A stretch of DNA of 64,000 nucleotides from Rhodothermus sp. (GTDB taxonomy: Bacteria; Bacteroidota; Rhodothermia; Rhodothermales; Rhodothermaceae): NCBI GenBank assembly GCA_026989375.1, contig JALSJJ010000074.1, forward strand, positions 4,850 through 68,849. The letters are read 5' to 3'. Position 1 is the stretch's first letter, and every line of letters starts with the position of its first letter. The position numbers and the translations under genes were made by a program. Below the pieces are notes generated by a model that did not search any database, was not told the origin of the DNA, and worked only from the letters and a program-made list of their open reading frames with translations. This document shows positions 17,818-28,636 of this stretch, piece by piece.

Positions 17818-18516
17818 ATGAAGGTTCAAATTGAACATATAATTCCGCGTCGTGACGCGTTGCTCGGGCTGGTGCGGGCCGAAGGCCTGACGGTTGCCAT
17901 CGAGCCCGCCGGGTTTTCGGAAGCCCTGCAGCAAGTGCTGGTCGCGCGGCAAGATTTGCCGCCTGAACTGGAAACAAGACGACAGGCTGTGCGGGACCTA
18001 CTCCGCAACGGACGATATAAGCCCACCGGTCGGGCCAAGCCTGCCAGCGAATACCTGCTGCGGGAGGCACAGGCCGGGCGCTTTCCACGCATTAACGGAC
18101 CAGTGGACGTGGCCAATTACATCAGTCTGCAGCACATGCTACCGGTATCGCTCTGGGATCTGGATCGGGCCGGTAGTACCTGCTTTCGATTTCGGCTGGG
18201 ACGGGAAGGTGAAGCGTACGTGTTCAATACAGCCGGGCAGCAGATCGCGCTGACGGATCTGATCATTGGCTGTCGGGTGGATCCAGAGACGGGCACGGAC
18301 GTGCCCATTGTCAATCCTGTCAAGGACAGCCTGGCTACAAAGACCGACGAGACGACTACGCGGGTGATGGCCTGTGTCTACGCGCCGGCTTCGGCCGTGT
18401 CGGCGGAGACACTGGCGAACATTTGCCAGGATTTTGCTGTCTGGCTGGGACGCTGTGGCGCTCATGTCGAGACGGCCTGGGCGGTTGTGCAACCGGAACA
18501 GACCAGCATCCTATGA
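17818..18516 (+). CDS. Free-standing B3/B4 (PheT editing-domain-like) protein
   Basis: RNGRYKPTGRAKPASEYL, PRINGPVD and SLWDLD motifs. Confidence 0.8.
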   Translation: MKVQIEHIIPRRDALLGLVRAEGLTVAIEPAGFSEALQQVLVARQDLPPELETRRQAVRDLLRNGRYKPTGRAKPASEYLLREAQAGRFPRINGPVDVANYISLQHMLPVSLWDLDRAGSTCFRFRLGREGEAYVFNTAGQQIALTDLIIGCRVDPETGTDVPIVNPVKDSLATKTDETTTRVMACVYAPASAVSAETLANICQDFAVWLGRCGAHVETAWAVVQPEQTSIL

Positions 18517-19085
18517 GCCATCCGGCATATTACGGCCTGCTGATGTGTGGCCTGCTGGTGACGGCCTGCCGGCAGCCGCCTGCGCCCGAGGTGATGGCGG
18601 CCGTCCAGGCCGAACAGCAGCCGGAGCAGGAGAGCTGGCAGGTGGACTATCGGCTTTCTCTGGAGGGCAGGCCCCGCGCCCGTTTGCTGGCTGCCCATCT
18701 GATTCGCGAAGAGTCTTCTGAAAGCACGTACGTGGTGCTTGAAGGAACGGCCCAGGAGCCGGTGCGGGGGTGGATTTTCACGTCAGCGGGTGATTCGGCA
18801 GCGACGCTTCAAGCCCGTCGCATCGTCTATTACGAAAACCGTCGTCGCTTTGAAGCCGAAGGCGCAGTAGAACTGGTTACCCGGGAAGGACGGCGGCTGC
18901 TGACTGAACGGCTGCGCTGGCTGGAGGATCGACAGCGGCTCTACGCGCCAGGCTTTGTGCGCATCCTGGCCCCTGACGAACAGATCGAAGGCTTTGAGCT
19001 GGATGCCGACGAACAGCTCCGCGCGTATCGGCTACGCCGCGTGACCGGACATGTCGTGCTTCGCGAGGAATCGGATACTGAATGA
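18513..19085 (+). CDS. lptC: LPS export periplasmic protein LptC (lipoprotein)
   Basis: Lipobox LLVTAC; LLTERLRW...LYAPGFVRI..GF pattern; ATGA overlap; upstream of lptA/lptB. Confidence 0.78.
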   Translation: MSHPAYYGLLMCGLLVTACRQPPAPEVMAAVQAEQQPEQESWQVDYRLSLEGRPRARLLAAHLIREESSESTYVVLEGTAQEPVRGWIFTSAGDSAATLQARRIVYYENRRRFEAEGAVELVTREGRRLLTERLRWLEDRQRLYAPGFVRILAPDEQIEGFELDADEQLRAYRLRRVTGHVVLREESDTE

Positions 19086-20581
19086 TGATGCGTCTGCTCG
19101 GTCTGCTGGTGGGGATGTGGAGCCTGTTTGGTGGATCATTGGGGCAGGCGCAGCCGGCCGACACAAGTCGGCGCCCTATAGCGCTACAGGCCGACTCGCT
19201 GGTCGGAGGGGTCGACGCGGCGGGTCGACGCTTCCGTGAACTGATCGGCCATGTCTTTTTACAGCAGGAAGCCACACGGCTCTGGGCTGATCGGGCGACG
19301 CAGTGGCCTGACCAACAGCGTATCCGCTTTGTCGGTCGCGTGCGTATTGTGGAACGGGGCGACTCGCTCGAAGCCGACACGATCTATTACGACAGCCGCC
19401 AGAAAGTCGGAAGGGCTGTCGGGCGCGTGCGCCTCTGGGATGGCAGCGTGACGGTAGAAGCGCCGTTGGGATGGTACTACACACGGGAAAAACGGGCTGT
19501 CTTCGAGGCCGGGGTGCGCCTGGCTGACAGTGCTGCCGTACTGACCAGCCAGCGCGGCGTGTACTGGTCCGATGAGAAACGGGCCGAGTTTTACGGAAAC
19601 GTACGGCTCGAAGGTAGCAACCGTTATCTGGAAGCCGATACGGTTGTTTATTTCCGGGAGACTGAAGTGGCGCTGGCCCGGGGACGCGTCTTTATCGAAC
19701 AGCAGGATACAAGCGAAGACGGTACGATCACGCGCGCGCTGCTCTTTGGACGTCAAGCCTTCAATAATGAACAAACAGGCTATAGCCGACTGACAGGACG
19801 ACCGCTGCTGGTGCTATTACGACCAGATTCGACCGGGCAGATTGATACGCTGCTGGTTCGGGCCGGACAGCTACACTTTACCCGGATGGATTCGCTGCGC
19901 CGATTGATAGCCGTCGATTCCGTTCGGCTCTGGCAGCGACGGTTGGCAGCGCGGGCCGACTCGCTGGTGTACGACCGGATCGTGCAGGGCGGTGCAGTGG
20001 TTCGGGAGGAAGTGTGGTTGTTCGGCAGCCCGATCGCCTGGTTGGATGCAACGCAGGTGTCGGGCGATACGCTCTGGTTGCGCGGCAGTCCCGAAGGCGG
20101 AGATACGCTGCAGGTGTTTCCGAACGCGTTTGTGGTGCAGCGTGATACTGTGCTCGACCGTTTGCAGCAGCTAAAAGGACGGCGACTGGTGGGGTATTTC
20201 GAGCAGGATTCACTGCGCCAACTTGTGGTCGGGCCCAACGCGGAGGCCATCTACTACCTGCGTGATCGAAACGATTCACTGCGAGGAGCCGTGCGCGTCT
20301 CCGGAGACACGATCACCTTCTGGTTTGCCGGCAACCGGGCACGCCGCGTACGGGTGGCGGGGGGGGTCCAGGGGGTGCAATACGACCGTGAGCGGATCCC
20401 GGAGCCGTTTCGGCTGGAGGGCTTTCGCTGGGTGCCGGAACTTCGGCCTGACCCGGCCGATTTGCTTCAGGAAACCTGGATGCGGCAGCGGCTACGCACG
20501 CTTCCGGAATGGCAGCGTCCCGTGCCGCCGGTGAAGCCAACCGCGAACCCTACCGCCTATGAACGCCCGGGAAATCACTGA
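19082..20581 (+). CDS. OstA/LptA-like multi-beta-jellyroll protein
   Basis: Signal peptide; repeated ADSL/ADTI/GDTL motifs; LIGHVFLQQ...LWADRA; lies between lptC and lptB. Confidence 0.8.
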   Translation: MMMRLLGLLVGMWSLFGGSLGQAQPADTSRRPIALQADSLVGGVDAAGRRFRELIGHVFLQQEATRLWADRATQWPDQQRIRFVGRVRIVERGDSLEADTIYYDSRQKVGRAVGRVRLWDGSVTVEAPLGWYYTREKRAVFEAGVRLADSAAVLTSQRGVYWSDEKRAEFYGNVRLEGSNRYLEADTVVYFRETEVALARGRVFIEQQDTSEDGTITRALLFGRQAFNNEQTGYSRLTGRPLLVLLRPDSTGQIDTLLVRAGQLHFTRMDSLRRLIAVDSVRLWQRRLAARADSLVYDRIVQGGAVVREEVWLFGSPIAWLDATQVSGDTLWLRGSPEGGDTLQVFPNAFVVQRDTVLDRLQQLKGRRLVGYFEQDSLRQLVVGPNAEAIYYLRDRNDSLRGAVRVSGDTITFWFAGNRARRVRVAGGVQGVQYDRERIPEPFRLEGFRWVPELRPDPADLLQETWMRQRLRTLPEWQRPVPPVKPTANPTAYERPGNH

Positions 20582-21308
20582 GCTGCGGGCCGAGGGACTC
20601 ACCAAACGCTACCGCAGGCGCTTTGTGGTGCAGGATGTCAGCCTGCATGTGCGGCAGGGAGAAATTGTGGGGCTGCTTGGCCCCAACGGCGCCGGTAAGA
20701 CAACCACCTTTTACATGATTGTGGGCATGGTGCGTCCCAACGCCGGTAAGATTTTTCTGGGCAATCGGGAGATCACGCACCTACCCATGTACCGGCGAGC
20801 ACGGTTAGGGATAGGCTATCTGTCGCAGGAAGCTTCAATTTTTCGACAGTTGACGGTCGAGGAAAATCTGGAAGCTGTACTGGAATTTCAGCCGATGAGT
20901 CGGGCCGAGCGTCGCGCCCGCGTGGAACAGTTGCTGCAAGAGTTCGGTCTGGAGCGTGTACGTCACTCTAAAGGCTACATGCTATCGGGCGGCGAGCGAC
21001 GACGTACAGAGATCGCACGCGCCCTGGCCACCCGGCCACGTTTTCTGTTGCTGGATGAACCCTTTGCCGGGATCGATCCGATCGCTGTGGAGGAACTCAT
21101 GGCGCTGGTGGCGGATCTGCGGGCCCGAGGGATCGGGGTGCTCATCACCGACCATAACGTCCATGAAACGCTGGCCATTACTGATCGGGCCTATCTGCTC
21201 TACGAAGGACGCATCTTTCAGCATGGGACCGCCGAAGAACTGGCGGCCGATCCTGAAGTGCGCCGTCGCTACCTGGGCGAAAAATTTACACTCGAACGCT
21301 ATCGCTAA
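20559..21308 (+). CDS. lptB: LPS export ABC ATPase
   Basis: [48 protein letters not shown]. Confidence 0.96.
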   Translation: MNAREITELRAEGLTKRYRRRFVVQDVSLHVRQGEIVGLLGPNGAGKTTTFYMIVGMVRPNAGKIFLGNREITHLPMYRRARLGIGYLSQEASIFRQLTVEENLEAVLEFQPMSRAERRARVEQLLQEFGLERVRHSKGYMLSGGERRRTEIARALATRPRFLLLDEPFAGIDPIAVEELMALVADLRARGIGVLITDHNVHETLAITDRAYLLYEGRIFQHGTAEELAADPEVRRRYLGEKFTLERYR

Positions 21309-22810
21309 AGCTCTGGGACTTCAATGCCCCGGGCCTGGGCGTAAGCTTTGAGGGCCGGCAGGCCGCCTTTGAACGAGTAGGCCTCGTAGCCTTCGCGCTG
21401 CATGACTTCGGCTACGTAAGCCGACTGCAATCCACGCGGGCAGTAAAGCACATAGACCCGGTTGCGGTCCAGATCCCGGAATTGCTGGAGCAGTTGCCAG
21501 GGATCCATATGACGGGCGCCCGGATAGTGCCAGTGTTCATAGAGGGCCTCGCTCTGACAGTCGATCACTTCAGCCCCTTCCGGAATTTCCTCGATAAAGA
21601 GATAGGGCGTTACCAGTTCCGAGGCGGATAGCGCGCGCAGATCGTACACCTCCGCCGAAGCAACAGCCTGCTCGAGCACCGACAGGTTCATCCTGGCCAG
21701 TTCAGCATCGACGGCCTCAGGACGCGTGGCCGTCACCGGACGGTCGGGCGTCAGCGCACAGTATTCGCGCACGCGCTCTGAGAGCGTAGCGGTGCCAATC
21801 TTGCGAGCCAGATGAATAATCTCTTCCTTGTCATAAGTGAGCAGGGGGCGCAGCACGGGCAAGGAGGTGCCAGCCTCAATCGCCTGCAGGTTTTTGAGCG
21901 TCTGGGAAGAGACCTGACCGAGCGATTCACCGGTGATGAGCGCCAATGCTTCAGTCTGGCGAGCTACGGCCTCACCGGCCCGGTACATCAGCCGTTTAAG
22001 GACCACCTGCCAGTAGGCCGGACGCACCTGGCGGCGCATCTCATCAACCACTGGCCCAAAGTCCACCGAGTAGAAACGAGGACGCGTACCAAAACTCCAC
22101 GCATCGGCCAGTACTTTGGCCACTTGCAACACAGCCCGTTCGTAGGCTTTGCCCCCCAGGTTGCAGAACAGATAATCCACAGCCACGCCGCGCCGCATGG
22201 TCAGCCAGGCCGCTACGGCCGAGTCGAAGCCCCCAGAAAGGAGAACCAATGCCTGTCCCTGGCTGCCGAGGGGCAGTCCACCTGGACCTTTGAGGATCGT
22301 TGTGTAGAAGTACGCGCGGTCTTCGCGCACTTCTACGTATACCGTCACTTCCGGATTAGTTAGATCGACCCGTTCTGCAAAGGGGCGTAGCGCAGCGCCG
22401 AGCGCTACCTCAATGTCCCGCGAGCGATAGGGATGATCCCCGCGCCGCCGCGCCCGTACAGCAAAACGACGGTTGCGCACACGCTCGGCAAACACTTCGG
22501 CACCACGCTGCACGATTTCCTCCAGCGACGGGCCGGTAACCAGCTCCACCGGCATGATGGGACCAATACCCGGCACATGACGCAGCGTCTCAATGGCCTG
22601 CAGGGGAGCCTCGGTCTCAATCAGGAACCAGCTCCAGGATCCCTGAAACCGGAACGGAATGCCCTGACTGCGCAGGGCGTCTTTCAGGTTGCGCACCAGC
22701 AACTGCTGGAAGCGACGACGCGTCCGGCTCGACTTCAACGTCAGCTCAGCAGCCGGCCGAAGAAACAGAAGCGCTTGGGCATGTTGTGTGTCAGGGGTGC
22801 GCTCGGTCAT
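21305..22810 (-). CDS. thiI: tRNA 4-thiouridine synthase with C-terminal rhodanese domain
   Basis: THUMP domain; [10 protein letters not shown]-loop; [12 protein letters not shown]; rhodanese YCPRG. Confidence 0.93.
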   Translation of the reverse strand: MTERTPDTQHAQALLFLRPAAELTLKSSRTRRRFQQLLVRNLKDALRSQGIPFRFQGSWSWFLIETEAPLQAIETLRHVPGIGPIMPVELVTGPSLEEIVQRGAEVFAERVRNRRFAVRARRRGDHPYRSRDIEVALGAALRPFAERVDLTNPEVTVYVEVREDRAYFYTTILKGPGGLPLGSQGQALVLLSGGFDSAVAAWLTMRRGVAVDYLFCNLGGKAYERAVLQVAKVLADAWSFGTRPRFYSVDFGPVVDEMRRQVRPAYWQVVLKRLMYRAGEAVARQTEALALITGESLGQVSSQTLKNLQAIEAGTSLPVLRPLLTYDKEEIIHLARKIGTATLSERVREYCALTPDRPVTATRPEAVDAELARMNLSVLEQAVASAEVYDLRALSASELVTPYLFIEEIPEGAEVIDCQSEALYEHWHYPGARHMDPWQLLQQFRDLDRNRVYVLYCPRGLQSAYVAEVMQREGYEAYSFKGGLPALKAYAQARGIEVPEL

Positions 22811-23113
22811 AAGCCCCGTGGCGTTTGATCCTACAATCTCTTCTCAGTAGCCGTTCGTCGATACAGGTCTTGGCCGTAGCCCTTCAGGTCCGGTTTGCGG
22901 CCGGCCTCAGGCACTTTCTGCTGGTCCTGGCGCATCAAGGCGCGCAGCGCACGCGCCTTTGCCAAAAACAGATAACGCTGATAAATCTTTGTAAATGGTT
23001 AAAAGGTGCTCAGGTTCGGCAAAAAACATACGTAGATTTTCACCGCAGTCGAAACTTTTGTATCTTGAACTGCCATAGAAACCCTGTCTTGGAACACGCA
23101 ACGGTAAGGGGGT

Positions 23114-24151
23114 ATGGTTGTCGTGATGCAACCTGGGGCCACCGAGGCTCAGATCCAGGCGGTAATTGAACGGCTCAATGCCTATGGTTTTGACGTACAC
23201 CGTTCAACCGGCGTCAACCAGACCGTTCTGGGGGCAATTGGCGTGAAGCCGGATTTTGACATTCGGCATATTAAAGTGCTTGAGGGAGTGGCCGACGTGT
23301 ATCGGGTGACGGAACCATACAAGTTTGCCAGCCGCACCTGGAAAAAAGAGGATACGCAGATTGAGGTCAACGGGGTCGTTATTGGTGGCTCCGAGGTAGT
23401 GGTGATGGCGGGTCCCTGCTCGGTTGAAAGCGAGGATCAGATTATGGCCACGGCAGCCCATGTGGCGGCGCAGGGAGCGACCTTTCTACGGGGAGGTGCC
23501 TTTAAGCCCCGTACTTCTCCATATTCCTTCCAGGGACTGGGTGAAGTGGGACTGAAGCTGCTGCGAGAGGCGGCCGATCGATACGGCCTGCGGGTGATTA
23601 CCGAGGTGATGGAAGTCAATCAGATTGAACTGATTTACCCCTATACCGATATCTTTCAGGTCGGCGCCCGTAACATGCAGAACTTCGCCCTGCTCAAAGA
23701 GCTGGGCAAGGTCGATAAGCCGGTCTTTTTGAAGCGGGGGCCGGCTGCCACCATTGAAGAGTGGTTGATGAGCGCTGAATACATTATTGCGCACGGCAAC
23801 CCACAGGTGATTCTCTGCGAGCGGGGCATTCGTACTTTCGAGACGCAGACCCGCAACACGCTGGATCTTTCCGCGATTCCGGTGATCAAGCAGAAAAGTC
23901 ATCTACCTATCGTAGCCGATCCCAGCCATGGCACGGGATTACGCGACAAGGTGATCCCGATGGCACGGGCAGCGGTGGCAGCCGGTGCCGATGGCATCAT
24001 GGTTGAAGTGCATCCGGATCCTCCCTCAGCGAAAAGCGATGGGCCGCAGTCGCTTTATTTCGACCAGTTTGCCAGGTTGATGCATCAGCTTCGGCTCATT
24101 GCACAGGTGATCGGACGTACGGTTCGGGAGCCGCTTTCGGAAACTGTATGA
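23114..24151 (+). CDS. aroF: DAHP synthase, class I-beta with N-terminal regulatory domain
   Basis: [47 protein letters not shown]. Confidence 0.93.
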   Translation: MVVVMQPGATEAQIQAVIERLNAYGFDVHRSTGVNQTVLGAIGVKPDFDIRHIKVLEGVADVYRVTEPYKFASRTWKKEDTQIEVNGVVIGGSEVVVMAGPCSVESEDQIMATAAHVAAQGATFLRGGAFKPRTSPYSFQGLGEVGLKLLREAADRYGLRVITEVMEVNQIELIYPYTDIFQVGARNMQNFALLKELGKVDKPVFLKRGPAATIEEWLMSAEYIIAHGNPQVILCERGIRTFETQTRNTLDLSAIPVIKQKSHLPIVADPSHGTGLRDKVIPMARAAVAAGADGIMVEVHPDPPSAKSDGPQSLYFDQFARLMHQLRLIAQVIGRTVREPLSETV

Positions 24152-24287
24152 GGCCTCTCGGGTTGCCTATCCACGTGCAGCCGGCCCGGTGGGAGGCGTT
24201 CACCTGCTGCCGGGCCGGCAAGTATTTTGCAGACAGGAAGCACGAAGTGCCTGACGGCATCCTGCAAACCCAAGCTTCTCATAACCT

Positions 24288-26123
24288 ATGTGTGGAATTG
24301 TTGGATACATTGGCCATCGTCCAGCCGCCGAATTACTGCTGAACGGTCTCAAGCGGCTGGAATATCGTGGGTATGATTCTGCCGGCATTGCCGTGGTGGG
24401 CAATGGTTGCCTGCAGGTCTACAAGCAGCAGGGGAAGGTCGACGAGCTGGCTGCGACGCTGCGGGCGCGTCTGCCCGAGGGTACGCTGGGAATCGGACAT
24501 ACCCGATGGGCCACGCACGGCGAACCTAACGATGTCAATGCACACCCGCATGTCAGTAGTGAGGGCGACTTTGCGCTGGTGCACAATGGCATCATCGAAA
24601 ACTATGCAGCATTGCGCAAACGCCTACAACAGAAAGGCTATGTGTTTCGCAGCGAGACCGATACCGAGGCACTCGTACATCTGATTGACGATGTGCGGCG
24701 TACGACAGGCCTTCCGCTTCCTGAGGCCGTCCGTCAGGCCCTGACACAGGTAGTGGGGACCTATGGGCTGGCGATCGTGTCGGCCTCGGATCCGGATCTG
24801 TTGATTGCTGCTCGAAAAGGAAGCCCGCTGATTCTGGGAATCGGTGAGGGAGAGTACTTTCTGGCATCGGATGCAGCCCCCATTGTGGAGCATACGCGCC
24901 AGGTGGTTTACCTGAACGATGGGGAGGTAGTGGTCGTGCGTCGTAGTGGCTACGAAGTGCGCACCACCGACAACGTATTGCTCGAAAAAGAAGTCCACGA
25001 GCTGGAGTGGGACCTAGAGCAAATTGAAAAAGGGGGCTATCCCCACTTCATGCTCAAAGAGATCATGGAGCAGCCTGAGGCGCTGGAGAATTGCCTGCGC
25101 GGGCGTCTGGATCTGCAGCACAACACGGTGCAGCTGGGTGGTTTGATCGACGTGATGGACCGCATTCGGGCGGCCGATCGCATCATCATCTGTGCCTGTG
25201 GCACCTCGTGGCATGCCGGGCTCGTCGGGGAATACCTGATTGAGGAATTCGCCCGCATCCCTGTCGAAGTGGAGTATGCCAGTGAGTTCCGCTACCGCAA
25301 TCCCGTGCTGCGGCCCAACGATGTAGTGATTGCCATTTCGCAGAGTGGGGAGACCGCCGACACACTGGCGGCGGTGCGCGAGGCCAAACGGCAGGGGGTG
25401 CTGACCCTGGGGATCTGTAACGTGGTGGGCTCGACGATTGCTCGGGAGACGGACGCCGGCGTCTATCTGCATGTTGGGCCGGAAATCGGAGTGGCTTCCA
25501 CCAAAGCGTTCACGGCCCAGGTGGCTGTGTTGACCCTGCTGGCGCTCAAGCTGGCCGAAGGCCGTACGCTTTCGGCGGCAGAAATTGCGCAGATGTTGCA
25601 GACCCTGGCCGAAATTCCTGACAAGGTACGCCAGGTGCTGACCCTTGACGACGAAATCCGACGTATTGCGCACGTTTATCGCTATGCGTCTAACTTTCTG
25701 TATCTTGGTCGAGGCTACAACTTCCCCGTGGCGCTTGAAGGGGCCCTGAAGCTCAAAGAGATTTCCTACATCCATGCCGAGGGTTATCCGGCCGCCGAAA
25801 TGAAGCACGGGCCGATTGCGCTCATCGACCGCTTTATGCCGGTGGTCTTTATCGCCATGAAAGACCGCACCTACGACAAGGTGGTCTCCAACATCGAAGA
25901 GGTCGTGGCGCGTCAGGGATCTGTTATTGCAATTACAGATGAGGGAAATGGTGAGCTGGATACGCTCTGCGAATACGTCATTCGCATACCCCCGGCGCCG
26001 GAATTTCTGACCCCGCTGTTGACGGTGGTGCCGCTGCAGCTACTGGCCTATCACATTGCCGTGATGCGTGGTTGCAATGTGGACCAGCCGCGTAACCTGG
26101 CCAAAAGCGTAACGGTGGAATAG
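24288..26123 (+). CDS. glmS: Glutamine-fructose-6-phosphate transaminase
   Basis: MCGIVGY, HTRWATHG, SQSGETADT, EIGVASTKAFT, C-terminal RNLAKSVTVE. Confidence 0.97.
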   Translation: MCGIVGYIGHRPAAELLLNGLKRLEYRGYDSAGIAVVGNGCLQVYKQQGKVDELAATLRARLPEGTLGIGHTRWATHGEPNDVNAHPHVSSEGDFALVHNGIIENYAALRKRLQQKGYVFRSETDTEALVHLIDDVRRTTGLPLPEAVRQALTQVVGTYGLAIVSASDPDLLIAARKGSPLILGIGEGEYFLASDAAPIVEHTRQVVYLNDGEVVVVRRSGYEVRTTDNVLLEKEVHELEWDLEQIEKGGYPHFMLKEIMEQPEALENCLRGRLDLQHNTVQLGGLIDVMDRIRAADRIIICACGTSWHAGLVGEYLIEEFARIPVEVEYASEFRYRNPVLRPNDVVIAISQSGETADTLAAVREAKRQGVLTLGICNVVGSTIARETDAGVYLHVGPEIGVASTKAFTAQVAVLTLLALKLAEGRTLSAAEIAQMLQTLAEIPDKVRQVLTLDDEIRRIAHVYRYASNFLYLGRGYNFPVALEGALKLKEISYIHAEGYPAAEMKHGPIALIDRFMPVVFIAMKDRTYDKVVSNIEEVVARQGSVIAITDEGNGELDTLCEYVIRIPPAPEFLTPLLTVVPLQLLAYHIAVMRGCNVDQPRNLAKSVTVE

Positions 26124-26181
26124 CCGTGGTACTTTCGGCCTGATCCTGACGTTAGCAGCCGCGGAAACCATGCAGTAGCGT

Positions 26182-27264
26182 ATGATTCCGAAAGAGCCGC
26201 TGGAAGAAATCAAACGGCGTTATGCAGAGGTCACGCGGGCGCTGTCGGATCCGACCGTCGCCGCCGACCCCCGACGGCTGGCCGAACTGGGACGCGAGCA
26301 CGCCAGCCTGCGGGCTGTGGTGGAAGCGATCGAGGCTTATGAACGGTTGCTGGCCGAACAGGAGAGCTTGCGCGAGCTGATCCGTACCGAGTCGGACCCA
26401 GAGCTTGTGCGCATGGCGCGGCATGAGCTGGAGGAACTGGAGAAACGGTTGCCGGCCGTCGAGGAAGATCTGCGGTTGCGCCTGATTCCCCAGGATGAGA
26501 TGGATCGGCGCAATGCCATTGTGGAGATCCGGGCCGGAACGGGCGGAGACGAGGCGGCCCTGTTTGCCGGCGATCTGTTTCGAATGTACAGTCGCTTTGC
26601 AGAGCGAAAAGGCTGGAAGCTGGAAGTGCTCGATGCTTCACCGGGCACGGTGGGCGGCTTCAAAGAGGTCATCTTCAGTCTGAAGGGGCCGGATGTGTAC
26701 GGCACCATGAAATACGAAAGCGGCGTGCATCGTGTGCAGCGCGTGCCGGTTACCGAATCACAGGGCCGCATCCACACGTCGGCAGCCAGCGTGGTTGTAC
26801 TGCCCGAAGCAGAAGCGGTGGACGTGGAGATCCGCCCCGAGGACCTGCGTATCGATGTCTTTCGCGCCAGCGGGCCGGGCGGCCAGCACGTCAACCGCAC
26901 CGAGTCGGCCGTCCGCATTACGCATATCCCGACCGGGATTGTGGTTTCCTGCCAGGACGAAAAAAGTCAGCACCAGAATAAGGAAAAGGCCCTGCGTATT
27001 CTGCGGGCCCGCCTCTATGAGCTGGAGCGTGAGCGTCAGCGGGCTGAACGTGATGCGATGCGGCGGGCCTCCATCCAGACCGGCGACCGATCGGCCAAGA
27101 TTCGCACGTACAACTTCCCACAGGATCGCGTGACCGATCACCGGCTCGAAGGCGAGCTGAAGAACTGGCCGCTACACCGCGTCATCGAAGGGGAACTGGA
27201 TGAACTGATCAATGCGTTGCGTACGGCCGAGCACGCTGAACGTCTGGCACAGCTCAAGGCCTAA
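26182..27264 (+). CDS. prfA: Peptide chain release factor 1
   Basis: GGQ motif; PVT tripeptide anticodon (QRVPVTE). Confidence 0.96.
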   Translation: MIPKEPLEEIKRRYAEVTRALSDPTVAADPRRLAELGREHASLRAVVEAIEAYERLLAEQESLRELIRTESDPELVRMARHELEELEKRLPAVEEDLRLRLIPQDEMDRRNAIVEIRAGTGGDEAALFAGDLFRMYSRFAERKGWKLEVLDASPGTVGGFKEVIFSLKGPDVYGTMKYESGVHRVQRVPVTESQGRIHTSAASVVVLPEAEAVDVEIRPEDLRIDVFRASGPGGQHVNRTESAVRITHIPTGIVVSCQDEKSQHQNKEKALRILRARLYELERERQRAERDAMRRASIQTGDRSAKIRTYNFPQDRVTDHRLEGELKNWPLHRVIEGELDELINALRTAEHAERLAQLKA

Positions 27265-27289
27265 TTTTCCGCAAAGAAGAACCGTCCTT

Positions 27290-27318
27290 TTGTATTCTGC
27301 GTTGAAGCCCCGTACCTT
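27290..27318 (+). promoter_or_regulatory. sigma70-like promoter for rpsF-rpsR-rplI
   Basis: TTGTAT-N17-TACCTT, just upstream of the leader structure. Confidence 0.5.
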
Positions 27319-27325
27319 GCGTACC

Positions 27326-27385
27326 TCCCTGCTCCCGCGGCAGACGGGGGCATGAACCGAACCGGTAATCATTCCACAGGGAAGG
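27326..27385 (+). promoter_or_regulatory. S6:S18-binding ribosomal protein leader (candidate)
   Basis: Outer stem TCCCTG(27326-31)/CAGGGA(27377-82) next to the RBS; inner hairpin CTCCCG/CGGGGG; unpaired CCG motifs at 27357 and 27362. Confidence 0.6.
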
Positions 27386-27388
27386 ATC

Positions 27389-27808
27389 ATGTCGGAAACC
27401 AAGAATTTCTACGAGCTGACCTACATCATCAACGCAGCGCTCAGCGACGACCAGATCAAGGAAGTCGTCCGCCGCGTCAATCAGTACATCGAGGAGCACG
27501 GCGGCGAGATCGTTGAGGTCGATGAGTGGGGCACGCGGCGCCTGGCCTATCCGATTCAAAAGCGTCGAAACGGCTACTACGTGAACATGTACTTCCGGGC
27601 GCCCGGCTCGTTTATTGCCGCCCTGGAGCGCTTCCTGGAGATCGACGAGCAGGTAATGCGCTATCTGACGCTGCGCATGGACGCGAAGATGCTGCGCCAC
27701 TACGAGCGACGTAAGCAACGGGCTGTCGAGGAGGCGCAGCCGCAACCAGCAGATGTAGAGGTGGAGGTGGAAGAGGAAGAAGAAGAAAAAGAGGAAGCAG
27801 CGGGGTAA
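27389..27808 (+). CDS. rpsF: 30S ribosomal protein S6
   Basis: YELTYII, WGTRRLAYPIQK, acidic C-terminal tail. Confidence 0.96.
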   Translation: MSETKNFYELTYIINAALSDDQIKEVVRRVNQYIEEHGGEIVEVDEWGTRRLAYPIQKRRNGYYVNMYFRAPGSFIAALERFLEIDEQVMRYLTLRMDAKMLRHYERRKQRAVEEAQPQPADVEVEVEEEEEEKEEAAG

Positions 27809-27844
27809 TCGTCGGTCTTTATCAAACTGAAGCAACACAGAGCC

Positions 27845-28042
27845 ATGGCACGCAAGCGTGATCTGGAATACGTCGACTACAAGGATGTTGAATTTCTGAA
27901 GCAATTTATTAACGAGCAGGGCAAGATTTTGCCGCGTCGGATCACAGGCGTATCGGCCAAGACGCAGCGGCAGATTGCCCGTGCCATCAAGCGAGCGCGT
28001 CACCTGGCACTGCTGCCGTTTGTGGCGGATGCCGTGAAGTAA
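27845..28042 (+). CDS. rpsR: 30S ribosomal protein S18 (no Zn-binding Cys)
   Basis: [41 protein letters not shown]. Confidence 0.96.
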   Translation: MARKRDLEYVDYKDVEFLKQFINEQGKILPRRITGVSAKTQRQIARAIKRARHLALLPFVADAVK

Positions 28043-28094
28043 GCCGCAGGGTGCGGCTGTAGGTGGACGCCTTACCCCTAACCGCAATGTTGCC

Positions 28095-28550
28095 ATGAAA
28101 GTACTCCTACTGCAGGACGTCGAAAAGCTGGGCCTGGAGGGAGAGGTGGTAACCGTACGCGATGGCTACGGACGGAACTACCTGATCCCGCAAGGCCTGG
28201 CCATTGAAGCGACGCCGGGTGTGCTCAAAGACCTGGAAGAGCGACGTCGCCAGCAGGCACGTAAGCTGGCCCGCCTGCGCGAAGAGGCTGAACGCATGGC
28301 TGAGGAACTGGCGAAGACCGAAGTGGTCATCCGAGCCAAAGTCGGTGAAGAAAACCGCATCTTCGGTACGGTTACCTCCAGCCAGGTAGCCGAATATCTG
28401 GCGCAGCGAGGCTTTCAGATTGATCGGCGTCGCATCGAGATGCCCGAAGACATTCGTATGCTGGGGGTCTATACGGCTCGCGTCAAGCTCCATCCCGAAG
28501 TGGTGGCGCAGATCAAAATTCGCGTTGAGCCAGAGACTTCCGAAAGCTAA
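28095..28550 (+). CDS. rplI: 50S ribosomal protein L9
   Basis: [30 protein letters not shown]; IFGTVT. Confidence 0.96.
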   Translation: MKVLLLQDVEKLGLEGEVVTVRDGYGRNYLIPQGLAIEATPGVLKDLEERRRQQARKLARLREEAERMAEELAKTEVVIRAKVGEENRIFGTVTSSQVAEYLAQRGFQIDRRRIEMPEDIRMLGVYTARVKLHPEVVAQIKIRVEPETSES

Positions 28551-28578
28551 GCGGCTTTCCAAAGGGCAACAATTGGCG

Positions 28579-28611
28579 AAGGCGTTCGTTTCTCCGACGG
28601 ACGCCTTTTTT
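28579..28611 (+). terminator. Intrinsic terminator after rplI
   Basis: AAGGCGTTCGT-loop-ACGGACGCCTT followed by a T run. Confidence 0.75.
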
Positions 28612-28636
28612 GTTGTGAAGCCGTAATCGATCCGCT

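Noticed and set aside
22811-22990. TPP or c-di-GMP-I riboswitch upstream of thiI
   Set aside because: Only fragments match (CTGAG, ACCTGA, GGCAAA); required helices and spacing are absent. Kept only as an unassigned structured element.
24152-24287. glmS ribozyme upstream of glmS
   Set aside because: The core AGCGCC...GACGAGG pattern is not present; only a generic GC hairpin is seen.
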